Part shown: one piece after another, positions 40,784-51,211 of the stretch
How the letters are laid out: each line of letters begins with the position of its first letter
How positions within the stretch are numbered: the first letter of the stretch is position 1
From: Prorocentrum cordatum
Taxonomy: Eukaryota
Reading direction: 5' to 3'
Length of the DNA: 64,000 nucleotides
Assembly (NCBI GenBank): GCA_963575745.1
Contig: CAUYUJ010000184.1
Coordinates: forward strand, 1 to 64,000
The notes under the pieces: generated by a model
The model's database searches: none
Seen by the model: the letters and a program-made list of their open reading frames with translations, nothing else
Told to the model about the DNA's origin: nothing
Program-made: the position numbers and the translations under genes

Positions 40784-43360
40784 GTGGACGAAATCATCAG
40801 ACGTTTTCGATCTAGTGCTAAGAGAAGTAAGAAGGAAGCTCATTTCATGGCGGCCGTGCTAGTGGATCTTGAGAAGGCGTTTGACCTCCTCCCGAGACAC
40901 CAGATCTGGGAGGCCCTTCAGCAGCTGGCGCTGGACTCTGGAGTTCGTCTCACGATCGAGGGAGTTCACAGTGGCACCTGCTATGTTGTGCGCGATCCTG
41001 CTACCAATCGCCCAGCACGCAAGCTACTAATTAGCAAAGGCGTCCGCCAGGGCAGCGTCGAGGGGCCTGCTCTTTTTATTGCACTGTATGACGCGGTCAC
41101 TGCAGGCATCGCCCAGGATGTGGAGGCCGAGGAGTTCGTAGGTGTTCAGGTGGTCTCGGATCCCCAGTTCCAGAGATATCGGAGTTTCGACCCCCTCGAT
41201 TCCTCGATCGACATTGCCGACGTATCGCAGGTAAAGTTTGTCGATGACTTAATCGGTTTCGTCATCACCCTCGATTACAAGAAGATCTCGGATTTCCTGG
41301 GTTTCATTCAGTATGCTATTACGGATAGAGGCATGAGGATGAACATTCCCAAGACGGAACTGATCGTGTCGGTCACGGGTTCAGGGTGCAGGAAATGTCG
41401 GAAACAGGTGGTCCAGCAAACAACAGGCATCAAACTGCATGACAAAGACAACAACGTGTTCATCCCTAAAACAGCGGCCTCCGTCAAGTACCTAGGGGTC
41501 AAGATACGTGAGGACGGAACTTGGACGGAGGAGATTAACTCGCGGCTCAAGGGAGCCAATGTTGTGCATGGCAGATTGTCCGTCAAAGTTTTCAAGAGTG
41601 TCCTCAGCCCTCAAGTTTGTATTCGTCTTTGGCAGTCCCTAGTTAAGAGCATTGCCTTGTATGCGTTAGAGGTGGCGATCTTAACGAAGACGAACATGAG
41701 ACGGCTGGAACAGTGGCAGAATCGCAAGCTCCGACACCTGCTGCGTTCCCCCGCGCACCTGACGCGGATTCCCAATGAGGCGATTCGTCGGAAGGCAAAG
41801 GTCTTTACGATCGAGTCGACGCTGCTCTACCGCAGGCTACGTTGGTGGCAAAAAGTAGTTCTTCCTGGTCTGTCTCCTGATAAACCTGAGTATGATCCGA
41901 GTCGGGCAGTACGCAGTGTTATCTTTGGTCGGCTGTCATTCGAGAACCCTCGACGATGCGATCGAAGTGGTAGATTAGATCTGTTCGTACGGGACCTTCG
42001 AGAAGTCCATGGAAAAGTTACCCAGGAGTGCCGACTTCTGGCCCCGCACGGGGCCCCAGACTTGAGCAGGAATTGGATCCAATGGTTTGCGGAGATACCC
42101 ATTGCAGATTTGAAGAGGGTTTTGAGTTACTCATCGGTATTTGATGGACGACAGGAGGGAGGAGGAGACGAACCCGTTCCCGAGGCCGAATGCCCAGAAT
42201 GCGGTAGAAGATTCCGAGGCCCCAAAGGTTTAGACGGACACAGGTTTGCAGTTCACGGAATTGTAGCCAATAGAGTAGGCATTCCTGAAGATCTGTTGCA
42301 GCGGAAAGAATGCCCCCATTGTCATCGAGTCTTCGCACGCAGAGACGGTCTTCTTAAACATCTCCAATGGAAACGTTGCACTAAACTCGTTCCTGCAGCT
42401 GTGGTGGCTCAGTCAGTGCAGAACATCGAGAGGGACTTTCCAGAGGCCGTCCCTCCAGTGCCACCGTCACCTCCTAGAGACCATGTTCGCGCCGCTGGAC
42501 GAGGCAGTACGCAGGAAGCGCCCCGCCGAGGACGGCAAGGCCAAGGCCGAGGACGAAGAAGGGGACATCCAGGCGGCGAAGCTCGGGAAAGCTCTCGCTC
42601 GGCTGGTCCTTCAACACGAAGACACGTTGTGCAGCTCCTCGAGGGACGACAACTTCGCGATGGCGATGAAGTCCGAGCTGCAGCTGAACCAGGCCCTCCT
42701 GAACGGGGCGGACATCTACAACGAGACGGGCAAGAAGGAGCGGAAGGACAAGGGCGACGACTACAAGGGCCACCCGTTGGGCAAGAAGCCCAATGCGTTC
42801 ATGAAAATGGTTCTCTTTCGGCTGGCGGAGGCGATGACGGCCAACAAAGACAAGATCCTCGAAGCCGTGGCTCAGGGACCAGAGCCTCAAGACACGCAGA
42901 CGGCTATCAAGTTGCTTCTCGATCAAGGAGCCGTGGCCAACGAGAAGGAGTTCAAGATGAAGGCCACACGGTGCTTCTTCGTCAAGACCGAGGACGGGGC
43001 AGGACACGAGCTCACCAAGTGGATCTTCGCGCTGAACCATCCCAACCACATGGCCCTGAAGATGGCCTTCAACTTGATCCGCAACAATGGGTGCCTGGTG
43101 GCGATCGGAATCTCGCTGGAGGACGATACGGGATCGCGCTCCAAGGCAGCCAAGGAGGTTCAGAGGATTGCGTTCGGGAAGGGTGCAGGATCGAGCCGAG
43201 CAAAGAAAGTGAGGCAGTGAGTTCTAGAGTAGTTGAGACTATCGTGATTAATGACTCGAGTGAGGAAGGAGATAGGGTAGAGCCGGCCGGTAGAGTGAGG
43301 GTCGGGAGCAGGAGTAGCATGCAACAGCTCTCGATTAAGAACTTTTCTAGCTCACAATAG
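40784..43360 (+). CDS. Reverse transcriptase (RTE/L1-type motifs), N-truncated, with two zinc fingers and a long C-terminal extension
   Basis: VDLEKAFD, GVRQGSVEGPALF, KFVDDL, MNIPKTE and VKYLG. Fingers CPECGRRF..H...VH and CPHCHRVF...LKH...C. Confidence 0.93.
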   Translation: MDEIIRRFRSSAKRSKKEAHFMAAVLVDLEKAFDLLPRHQIWEALQQLALDSGVRLTIEGVHSGTCYVVRDPATNRPARKLLISKGVRQGSVEGPALFIALYDAVTAGIAQDVEAEEFVGVQVVSDPQFQRYRSFDPLDSSIDIADVSQVKFVDDLIGFVITLDYKKISDFLGFIQYAITDRGMRMNIPKTELIVSVTGSGCRKCRKQVVQQTTGIKLHDKDNNVFIPKTAASVKYLGVKIREDGTWTEEINSRLKGANVVHGRLSVKVFKSVLSPQVCIRLWQSLVKSIALYALEVAILTKTNMRRLEQWQNRKLRHLLRSPAHLTRIPNEAIRRKAKVFTIESTLLYRRLRWWQKVVLPGLSPDKPEYDPSRAVRSVIFGRLSFENPRRCDRSGRLDLFVRDLREVHGKVTQECRLLAPHGAPDLSRNWIQWFAEIPIADLKRVLSYSSVFDGRQEGGGDEPVPEAECPECGRRFRGPKGLDGHRFAVHGIVANRVGIPEDLLQRKECPHCHRVFARRDGLLKHLQWKRCTKLVPAAVVAQSVQNIERDFPEAVPPVPPSPPRDHVRAAGRGSTQEAPRRGRQGQGRGRRRGHPGGEARESSRSAGPSTRRHVVQLLEGRQLRDGDEVRAAAEPGPPERGGHLQRDGQEGAEGQGRRLQGPPVGQEAQCVHENGSLSAGGGDDGQQRQDPRSRGSGTRASRHADGYQVASRSRSRGQREGVQDEGHTVLLRQDRGRGRTRAHQVDLRAEPSQPHGPEDGLQLDPQQWVPGGDRNLAGGRYGIALQGSQGGSEDCVREGCRIEPSKESEAVSSRVVETIVINDSSEEGDRVEPAGRVRVGSRSSMQQLSIKNFSSSQ
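42483..43220 (+). CDS. 245-aa hypothetical protein overlapping the RT ORF in the +1 frame
   Basis: ATG in a good context (ACCATGT), strong G/C at third codon positions in this frame, normal globular composition and basic termini (RRKRP; RAKKVR). I recognise no domain. Confidence 0.7.
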   Translation: MFAPLDEAVRRKRPAEDGKAKAEDEEGDIQAAKLGKALARLVLQHEDTLCSSSRDDNFAMAMKSELQLNQALLNGADIYNETGKKERKDKGDDYKGHPLGKKPNAFMKMVLFRLAEAMTANKDKILEAVAQGPEPQDTQTAIKLLLDQGAVANEKEFKMKATRCFFVKTEDGAGHELTKWIFALNHPNHMALKMAFNLIRNNGCLVAIGISLEDDTGSRSKAAKEVQRIAFGKGAGSSRAKKVRQ

Positions 43361-43645
43361 GTGTTGGACTTCGAGGTAGGCTCAGCCGTGGCCGAGCAGC
43401 CCCCTAGTGCCTAGAGGGGCGCTGGGGGCTGCCCTCGCAGTGCCATCCCTGCAGAGGCAGGGGTGCGTGGGGGTAGGGTCTGGGGCGGGAGTGTGTATAT
43501 CGGCACTCCTGACAGATGGCCCTGCTTACTGTACCCTTGCGGGCTCCGACTGAAACATCCGTTTTCAGTTGCGCCGAGTTTCGGTTGAAGTTTTTGAGCC
43601 CTTCGCAAAACTTCCAGAGCTCTTGGACAAGGGGAGTAGCGGTTC
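43361..43645 (+). ncRNA. Structured 3' UTR RNA of the retroelement
   Basis: Hand-folded stems at 43393-43437, 43457-43540, 43548-43570, 43573-43585 and 43587-43614, with many G-U pairs on the + strand. Confidence 0.6.
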
Positions 43646-43651
43646 AAAAAA

Positions 43652-44467
43652 GAATAGGAGGAGAATGAGGAGGAGGAAAAGGATGAAGAGGAGGAGGAGG
43701 AGGAGGAGGAGGAGGAGGAGGAGGAGGAGGGGGAGTAAGAGGAGGAGTAAGAGGAGGAGGAGGAGGAGGAGGAGGAGGAGGAGGAGGAGGAGGAGGAGGA
43801 GATGGAGCAGGAACGGGTGCAAGAAGAGGATGACCACGCCGATGGTTGGAGGCGGCTGTCCCTGCCACAAGGCCCTGAGGTCCTTGCTTCTCTTTCCCTT
43901 ACTGCCCCTGTCCCCCACACACTGAGTTATTGCACTGTGGAGGAGCTATGTGGTGTTAGCTATGTTGCGCAACTTATGCGGAGCAGGCTTCGTTGTTCAG
44001 CTACGTTGTGTAAGTCATGCGGTGTGAGCTGTGTGGTGTCAGCTGGGTGGCGTGCGATCGGTGGTGTGAGCTGTGTGGCACAAGCTGTAAGGTGTGGCCC
44101 CTGTGGCGTGAGCCGTGCCGTGCACGCTGTGCCCGTGGAGCCGTGCGCAGCGAGCCGTGCTGCGCAGGCTGTGCTGCCCGCCCAGGGCTCGGGGCGCCCT
44201 CGAGCGCCCGCGAGGCCCTCTCGGACGGGCGCGGGGCGCCGCGCGAGGCCCAGGGCGCGGGGGCGCCCGCGGGCGAGCGCCCACGAGGCGCTCCTGCGGG
44301 CGGGCACGCGGGGGCCAGCACGCCGGTTCCTCGTCGGGGCGACCCAGGGCACGGGGCGCGCGCGCGCGCCCACGATGCGCCCACGGGCGGGCCGCGGGCG
44401 CCAGCGCGGAACGTCGTCGGCGGGCCCGTCGACTCGCACGAGGGGCCAGGGGAGTAAGGCTCCCTCG
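43652..44467 (+). repeat. ~800-bp direct repeat, copy 2
   Basis: See 39969-40769. Confidence 0.95.
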
Positions 44468-44953
44468 GCGCGAGCGCTGCTTGAACCCTGGCTTGCCTGC
44501 GGCGGTGTCTGCGTTTCCGCCCAGGCGGTGCTGGCACCCAGGGGCGCGTGCCTTGCTCACCTGGAGAATCGGCTGCGTCTTCCAGGTGTTCGCCGTGGGC
44601 GCCGCGTGTGCGCCCCGCGCCTGGAGGGGCATGCCAAGGCGTCGCCCGGTGCTCGCCCGGGGGACGCCTCGCGGGCGCCCCTCGTGGACGCCCCGCTCCA
44701 GCCGCTGACTGCCGCTCCCCGCCGCCCTTCCACCGTGGTTCGCCACGGCTGCCCACCGCGCTCTGGCCTTGTGCGCCTGGCTGCTGCTGCCCCCCCCCGG
44801 CTGCTCCTCATCGTCGAACTCTTCGGCGTCGGAGCGTCCCTTCTTCCTCTCGGCCGTTCCCCCCTCCCCCTTGCTCGCAGGCCAATTCGCTAGTTAGTGC
44901 CCCTATCCAGCTTCTCGTCGGAGCGGAGTTCGCCGCCTCGCCGCTGACGAAAA

Positions 44954-45015
<62 letters not shown>

Positions 45016-45111
45016 GTGTGTGTGTGTGCGTGTGCGTGTGCGTGTGCGTGTGCGTGTGCGTGCGCGTGCGCGTGCGCGTGTGCGTGTGCGTGTGCGTGTG
45101 CGTGTGCGAGC

Positions 45112-45165
<54 letters not shown>

Positions 45166-45278
45166 GCGTGTGCGTGTGCGTGTGCGTGTGCGTGTGTGTG
45201 CGTGTGCGTGTGCGTGTGCGTGTGCGTGTGCGTGTGCGTGTGCGTGTGCGTGTGCGTGTGCGTGTGCGCGTGTGTGTG

Positions 45279-45315
<37 letters not shown>

Positions 45316-45761
45316 GCGTGTGCGTGTCGTGTGCGTGTTGCGTGTTCGTGTGCGTGTGCGTGTGCGAGCGGGCGCGTGTGCGTGCGCGTGTGCGAGCGCG
45401 CGTGCGCGTGCGTTTGCGGGCGTGCGTTCGCGTGCGTGCGTGTGCGGGCGGGCGTGTGCGGGCGTGCGTGTGGGCGTACGCGTGCGTGCGCGTGTGCGTG
45501 TGCGTGCGTGTCGCGTGTGCGCGCGTGCGCGTGTGCGCGTGCGCGCGTGTGCGCGTGTGCGCATGTGCGCGTGCGCGCGTGTGCGCGTGTGCGCGTGGGC
45601 GTGTGGGCGTGTGGGTGTGGGCGTGTGGGCGTGTGGGCGTGTGGGCGTGTGGGCGTGTGGGCGTGTGGACGTGTGGGCGTGTAGGCGTGTGGGCGCGTGG
45701 GCGCGTGGGCGCGTGGGCGTGTGGGCGTGTGGGCGTGTGGGCGTGTGGACGTGTGTGTGTG

Positions 45762-45804
<43 letters not shown>

Positions 45805-45838
45805 GTGTGCGTGCGTGCGTGTGCGTGTGCGTGTGCGT

Positions 45839-45893
<55 letters not shown>

Positions 45894-46580
45894 GGGTTTT
45901 GCATGGTGCCCGCCCCTGGGCACCTCGTGGGCGCCCCGCGATGGAGGGTATGCGGAGGTTTCGCATGGTGCCCGCCCGTGGGCGCCTCGTGGGCGCCCTC
46001 GTACATTGCACCACAAAACGCGTATTCTCAAGTACTTGGGTGGGTGCAGTGGAGACCCATGCCAAAAAACACACCCCGCTTGCCTCCAGGGTGCCCTGGG
46101 TTTCCTCGGCTTCGGTGGTCTTGCGATGGGAAGCGTGCCGTTCCCGCACCGAGAATCAGTGGGCGTCCTGGGGCCTCAGGGTTGGGCTTCTCGTGGAGGG
46201 TTTCTTGTGGACTGGCCTCCGCTGCATGTCGGGGTTTCGGCCCGTCACCCGCTTGGGGTGGGCGCCTCGTCGGCCCTTTGCGGGCGCCGCGCGCGCGGGT
46301 GGTGCGCCGAGGTCTCGCCCGGTGCCCGGCCCTGGGCGCCTCGCAGGTGGCGCGACATGGCTGGCACCACGGAGCTTGCACCACGGAGCTTGCACCACAT
46401 AGTTTGCCCCACCACGCTTGCACCACAGTGCCTGCACCACATGGCTCACACCACACAGCTTGCACCACACAGCTTGCACCACACAGCTTGCACCACATCG
46501 CTCGCACCACATCGCTCGCACCACATCGCTCGCACCACATCGCTTGCACCACGTAGCCTGCACCACATTGCGATAACCCA
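43923..46580. mobile_element. Foldback-like TIR element with inverted subterminal 14-bp arrays
   Basis: TGAGTTATTGCACTGTGG vs CCACATTGCGATAACCCA (15/18 inverted match). AGCTGTGTGGTG arrays lie at the left and CACCACACAGCTTG arrays at the right. Confidence 0.55.
44954..45892. repeat. (TG)n/(TGCGTG)n/(GTGTGGGC)n microsatellite
   Basis: Directly visible. Confidence 0.95.
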
Positions 46581-46651
46581 CATGTTCGGACCCACGCTGG
46601 CTGACATTTTCTAAGATGACGGTTGCTTCCCCCACGTCTCAAATCGGTAGC

Positions 46652-47900
46652 CCGTGGTCTCCTGTACGGGTTGATGTATGGTCTGCTGTATGGTCGGTCT
46701 CCCGTATGGCTTCCCGCACGGGGTCGTACATATGGTCTTCCGTATTCTCTCCCGCATGGTCTTCTTGCTGGTCTACGGCCTGTTATTCCGTATGGTCTTT
46801 CGCATGGTTTCCCGCATGGTTTCCCGTATGGCCTTCCGTGTTGTCATTCCGCAAGGTCTCCCGTATGGTATCCTTTTTGATTCTCCGCGTGGTGTTTCGC
46901 ATGGTTGCCCGCATGGTTTCCCGTATGGTCTTTTGTAGGGTCTCCCGTCTGGTCTCCCGTCTGGTCCTCCTTGTGGGTCCCCCGTTTGTTCTCCCGCACG
47001 GTTGCCCGCGTTGTCGCTCGTATGGCCTCCCGCGTTGTCTTCCCGTAGGATTTTTGGCATGGTCTTCCATATGATCCATGGGCTGACGCCGCACCGCCGA
47101 CCCCTTGGGGCGGCAGTAAGAGTGAAAGATGAAATTTGCAGAACGAGTTCTGGGGAGTCTTGGGGTTTCAGTTTCTTGGGATTTCGTCGGGGGCGGTTGG
47201 CGGATCGCCGCTCTGCTCTTGGGCTTCTTTGGGCTCTCCTGGCAGCACTTTTGAGGCCTCTTGGGAGCCGCTTTGAGGCCTCTAGGAGGCCTATTGGCGC
47301 CTCCTCAGGTTTTTCGGGGCCGAGTGCTGGAAATGTTTAGAAGCTTCGGGGGCCGTCTTGGGGCCCTCTTGCGCCGTCCTGGAGCCCTCTTGGGGCCTCT
47401 TGGGCTATCTTGGGTTGATCTTAAAGGCTTCTTGGGCCGTTGTGGGCCTCTTGAAAGCCCAAGAAGCGAATGTGCTAAAAATAATAATTTTTCCTACGGA
47501 ATGGGACGACTTTTGCTTCTGGAGGGCCTCTTGGGACGCTTCTTGGTGGCTTCTTGGGGCGTCTTGGGGGCCTCTGGGACCGTCTCGGGGCGATCTTGGG
47601 CGTCTTGGAGCGATCTCTGGGCGACGCGTAGCCCTCTCGAACCGTCCAGGGGCTCTTCGGGGCCCTCTTGGCCCCGTTTTGGGGCCCCCTGAGGCTCCAC
47701 GGGTGCGGCCGGCACCTTTGCCCCCCCCCCCCCCTCCAATCCGGCCGGACCGGGCTCCCGGGGGAGGGGTTTTGGGGAGGGGGAAGCGTCTCACACGCCG
47801 TGACCCCAAGGGGTCGGCGGATGCTCTTCTGGTCTCCTGTATGGTCGTCCGTATGGTCTCGCGTACGGTGTCTCGCATGGTCTCCCGCATGGCCTCTCGT
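46652..47900. repeat. 12-bp satellite (CGTATGGTCTCC)n, interrupted at ~47080-47822
   Basis: Units visible at 46652-47075 and 47830-47900. Confidence 0.85.
47080..47822. mobile_element. Asymmetric-IR element, CTTGGGGC-rich interior, copy C
   Basis: CCGCCGACCCCTTGGGG (47094-47110) / CCCCAAGGGGTCGGCGG (47804-47820), a perfect 17-bp IR; splits the 12-bp satellite. Confidence 0.7.
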
Positions 47901-48093
47901 ACTAAAGTGTTGGTTGTAGTGCTTGCGCATCGTATGCTTCGATTGTTCATAGTGGTAGGTGCCCCCTCTGGTGTTCTAAAGTGCTGTGCAGGGTCTGACC
48001 ACGGTGTTTTGAGCCTCCGTGCAATATTTCCTTTTGCCCTCTTTATTGTGGCCCTGGCTGTCGCGAAGCGAATTCTGGCCGCCGTTCATCGGT

Positions 48094-48150
<57 letters not shown>

Positions 48151-48190
48151 CTCATCCTCCTCCTCCTCCTCCTCCTCCTCCTCCTCCTCC

Positions 48191-48831
48191 ATTCCTTCAC
48201 CTTATAATAGATAACTTCTCCCTGTCGCACCCCGAGGCCAGTTTTTAGGCGGACTGGGCGTTTCGCATGAGACGTCCTCACCACTTATGACTCTGAAGCT
48301 TACAAATTGGCAACAGTTTCACACATGGAGGGCATGGCTTTTTCAGATGTTGGTTCTCGCCTTAGCGCCGCGCCCGGCCGCGCGCATTCGTTTTAAGCAT
48401 GTGCAAGGGTTTTACTGATTGAGGGCGGTTGTTTTTCAAGATGTGGTTCTCGCCTTAGCATTCAGCGCCGCGCACATTCGTTTGTACCATTTTCAAGATC
48501 TCCACGGGTTCTCATCATCAACGTACCAGAAATTATGTTTCGGAGGGATTCAGGATTGTGCGGGTGCAACAGTTACGTTAATTCGCGGTGCTGAAGTCCC
48601 AGGAATGGCGTTCTGGCACGATTCAGGATCGTCAAGGCGCAACAGTCAGGTTGATATGTGGCGTTGGAATCCCGAGCAAAATGTGTAGGCATGCTTCAGG
48701 GTCTTCAAACGCTTGTCTTCCAACGAGGCATTTCCCTCAATGGAAATGACCCGTTGTAGGGGCCTGTGAAGAGGGAGCTTGGAGGAAGGGTTTATTACAA
48801 CACTGTTGATGACTCTTTGGTTTGCACTGGT
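48191..48831 (-). mobile_element. Copy 2 of the (GGA)n-embedded element at 39-738
   Basis: Reverse-complement homology at both ends; (CCT)n on both flanks. Confidence 0.75.
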
Positions 48832-50584
48832 CCTCCTCCTCCTCCTCCTCCTCGTCCTTCCTCCTCCTCCTCCCTTTCCTCTTTTCTCCCCGCCTCCTCC
48901 GCCGCCTCCCTCCCGCGCGCCTCCTCCGCCCCGCCGCCTCCGCGCGCCACGCCGCCTCCGCCCCCCCCCCCCCCCCCCCGCGCGCGGCGCCCTCGCGCGG
49001 CCCCGAGGCCCAATACCCGTGGGGGGCCACAGCCGCCACCACACGCCCTCGGGCCACAGGCGTGCGCGCGCCCGCGGCCCCTCCTCCTCCTCCTCCTCCT
49101 CCTCCTCCTCCTCCTCCTCCTCCTCCTTTTTTCTCCTCCCCTTCCTCCTCTCTCCTCCTCCCCCTGCTCCTCTCTCCTCCTCCTCTTCCGTCTCTTCCTC
49201 CGCCTCCTTCTCTTCTTGTAGCACTATCTACAGCCGTGCCGCGATGCACCGCAGAGCCAGCACGCCATAGGATGCACTAACCCAGGGCACGCCGCGCACC
49301 ACAGGATCCCTTAATCCAGGGCGCGCCGCGCACCAGAGGATCTGTTCCGTCGGCCCACCGTGCCCTCCAGGGCGCACAGCTCGCCTCGGGCGCAGAAGGG
49401 CCTCCCCAGCCGCCCCCGCCCCGCCCGCCCACGCCGCCGGGGGCCCCTCGCCGTGCCGAGGCCGAGCTGCCTCCACCCGCCCGCCGCGGGCGCGGAGCGA
49501 GCTCTCCGGAGCCAGCGCACGCAGACGAGGGCGGAGGCCCAGGGCGCCAGCACTTCGTGCGCCCGGCCCTTGCGCTCGAGCGCCTCCGCTCCGCCGCCCG
49601 TGCCAGCGTGACCCCCGCGGCCCTTGCGCGGCCCGCGGGCTCTGCGGGCGCGCCTGCGACGGCCAGCGCCGCCGAGCCAGGAGGAGGAGGAGGAGGAGGA
49701 GGAGGAGGAGGAGGAGGAGGAGGAGGAGGAGGAGGAGGAGGAGCCCGCCGCCCTTGCCGCCGCGGCGCGCCGGCGGGGTCGCCCGGCCGGCGCGGCGGTG
49801 GGCTGCCTCTGCTCTCCGAGGTCCCCGCCGCCCCCCAAAGTCCCTCCCCCGCCTCGCCCCCCCCTCCTCCTCGTCTCGCCTCGCGTGCCGGCGGCACGTC
49901 GCAGCGGCCCGCCCATCTGGGCCGCTGCGCCAATGGCACTGTGCAGGAGTGGGGGGCGTGGGGCACAATGGGGCTGGCCGAGTGTGCGCGGGGGGCGACC
50001 GCTCGGCAGGAGCGTGGCGGAGTATCCCGATCTCAAGGCAATACCGGGTATACCCTGAGGTCCGGCGTTGCGACAAAAATCGCGACGTCGCGCGAAAGCA
50101 CGACCGGAGCCCCGGACCCCATCTTTCTGCGGCATGTTCGCGAGCCCGATCGATCTGTGATGGACCCGAAGCCCGGAACTGGGCGAACGCGCCCAGGGTG
50201 AGGAAGACGCAGCGCCCGGATCTCAGGATGTAACTTGCACAGCGACACCCTGCCGCACCATTTGGGGCGTTTCAAAAAGGGCCTTGCCTTCAAGGATCGA
50301 AGGAGTTGTCATCTCTTCCTCGGCGGAAGGCGCGGAAAGTGGGCGGAAGTAAAACCAGACCGCCTCCGCCGGAGTAAGCCAGCGCAAGGCGGCGGAAGGT
50401 TGGCGGAAGGCGGCGGAAGAAAATTATGCGCCCGCAAGAGATGTTTTTTTCGGTGCTCAAGGTTTCCGACATCCGCCCTCTGTGGCGTCAGTCCCCCGCG
50501 GCCCGCGGCGGATCCAGGCCACTCGCGAGTATAGTTTACTTAGTTTGCGAGTCGTGGAAGGCAGTCGTCGTCGTCGTCGTCGTC

Positions 50585-50619
<35 letters not shown>

Positions 50620-51211
50620 AGTAGTAGCCGTCGTAGTAGTAGTCGTCGTCGCCGTCGTCGCCGTCGTCGTCGCAGTGCCTTTCCATAGGGCAGCTTCTGC
50701 GCAGCGACGCCCGGCCGCGCCGCTCTGTGGCGCGCCCGCCCGCGAGCCGTCGCTGGCCGCCTGCCCGCTGCGACCCCTCGCCGGACAGCGCGGGGCCGCG
50801 GGCCCGGCCTGGAGCCCGCCGCGGCGGGGGGAGGCGCGGCGCGGAGCTCCGAGGCCGGCGCGGCCAGGGGCCGCTCCCGAGGCGCCGCGGGCCGTGGGCA
50901 GAGTCGCGACGTGCTCCTCCTCGTCCTCCACCTGGTCCTTCCTCCCTCCTCCTCCCTCCTCCTCCTTCTCTTCCTCCTCCTCCTCCTCCTCCTCCTGCCT
51001 ACTCGCCTCCTTCCCTCCTCCCTCCTCTTCCTCCTTCCTCCTCCTCCTCCCCTCCTCCTCCTCCTCCTTCTCCTCCTCCCTCCCTTCCTCCACCTCCTCC
51101 TACTCCTCCTTCCACCACCTCCTCCTCCTCCTCGTCTCACACCTCCTCCTCCACCTCCTCCTGTCCTCCTCCTCCATCCTCTCTTCCTCCTCTCCACCTC
51201 CTCCTCCTCCT

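Larger units (their letters stand above)
40770..43651 (+). mobile_element. 5'-truncated non-LTR retrotransposon (RT + C2H2 fingers, second ORF, structured 3' UTR, short A tail)
   Basis: Begins mid-RT (DAIAIVDEII), ends ...GGTTC-AAAAAA, and is bounded exactly by the two copies of the direct repeat. Confidence 0.9.

Noticed and set aside
42474..43049. Antisense 191-aa ORF
   Set aside because: It is the expected stop-free shadow of the high-GC3 sense ORF 42483-43220.
43500..43560. Hammerhead ribozyme in the 3' UTR
   Set aside because: CTGACAGA does not fit the CUGANGA core, and the stems do not arrange around GAAA as required.
39969..44467. Direct repeats as LTRs of an LTR retrotransposon
   Set aside because: There are no TG...CA ends, PBS, gag, protease or integrase. 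The RT is non-LTR type, is truncated at the repeat boundary, and ends in an A tail.
44548..46614. Long Cys/Val/His/Thr-rich ORFs
   Set aside because: They are translations of (TG)n-type dinucleotide repeats.
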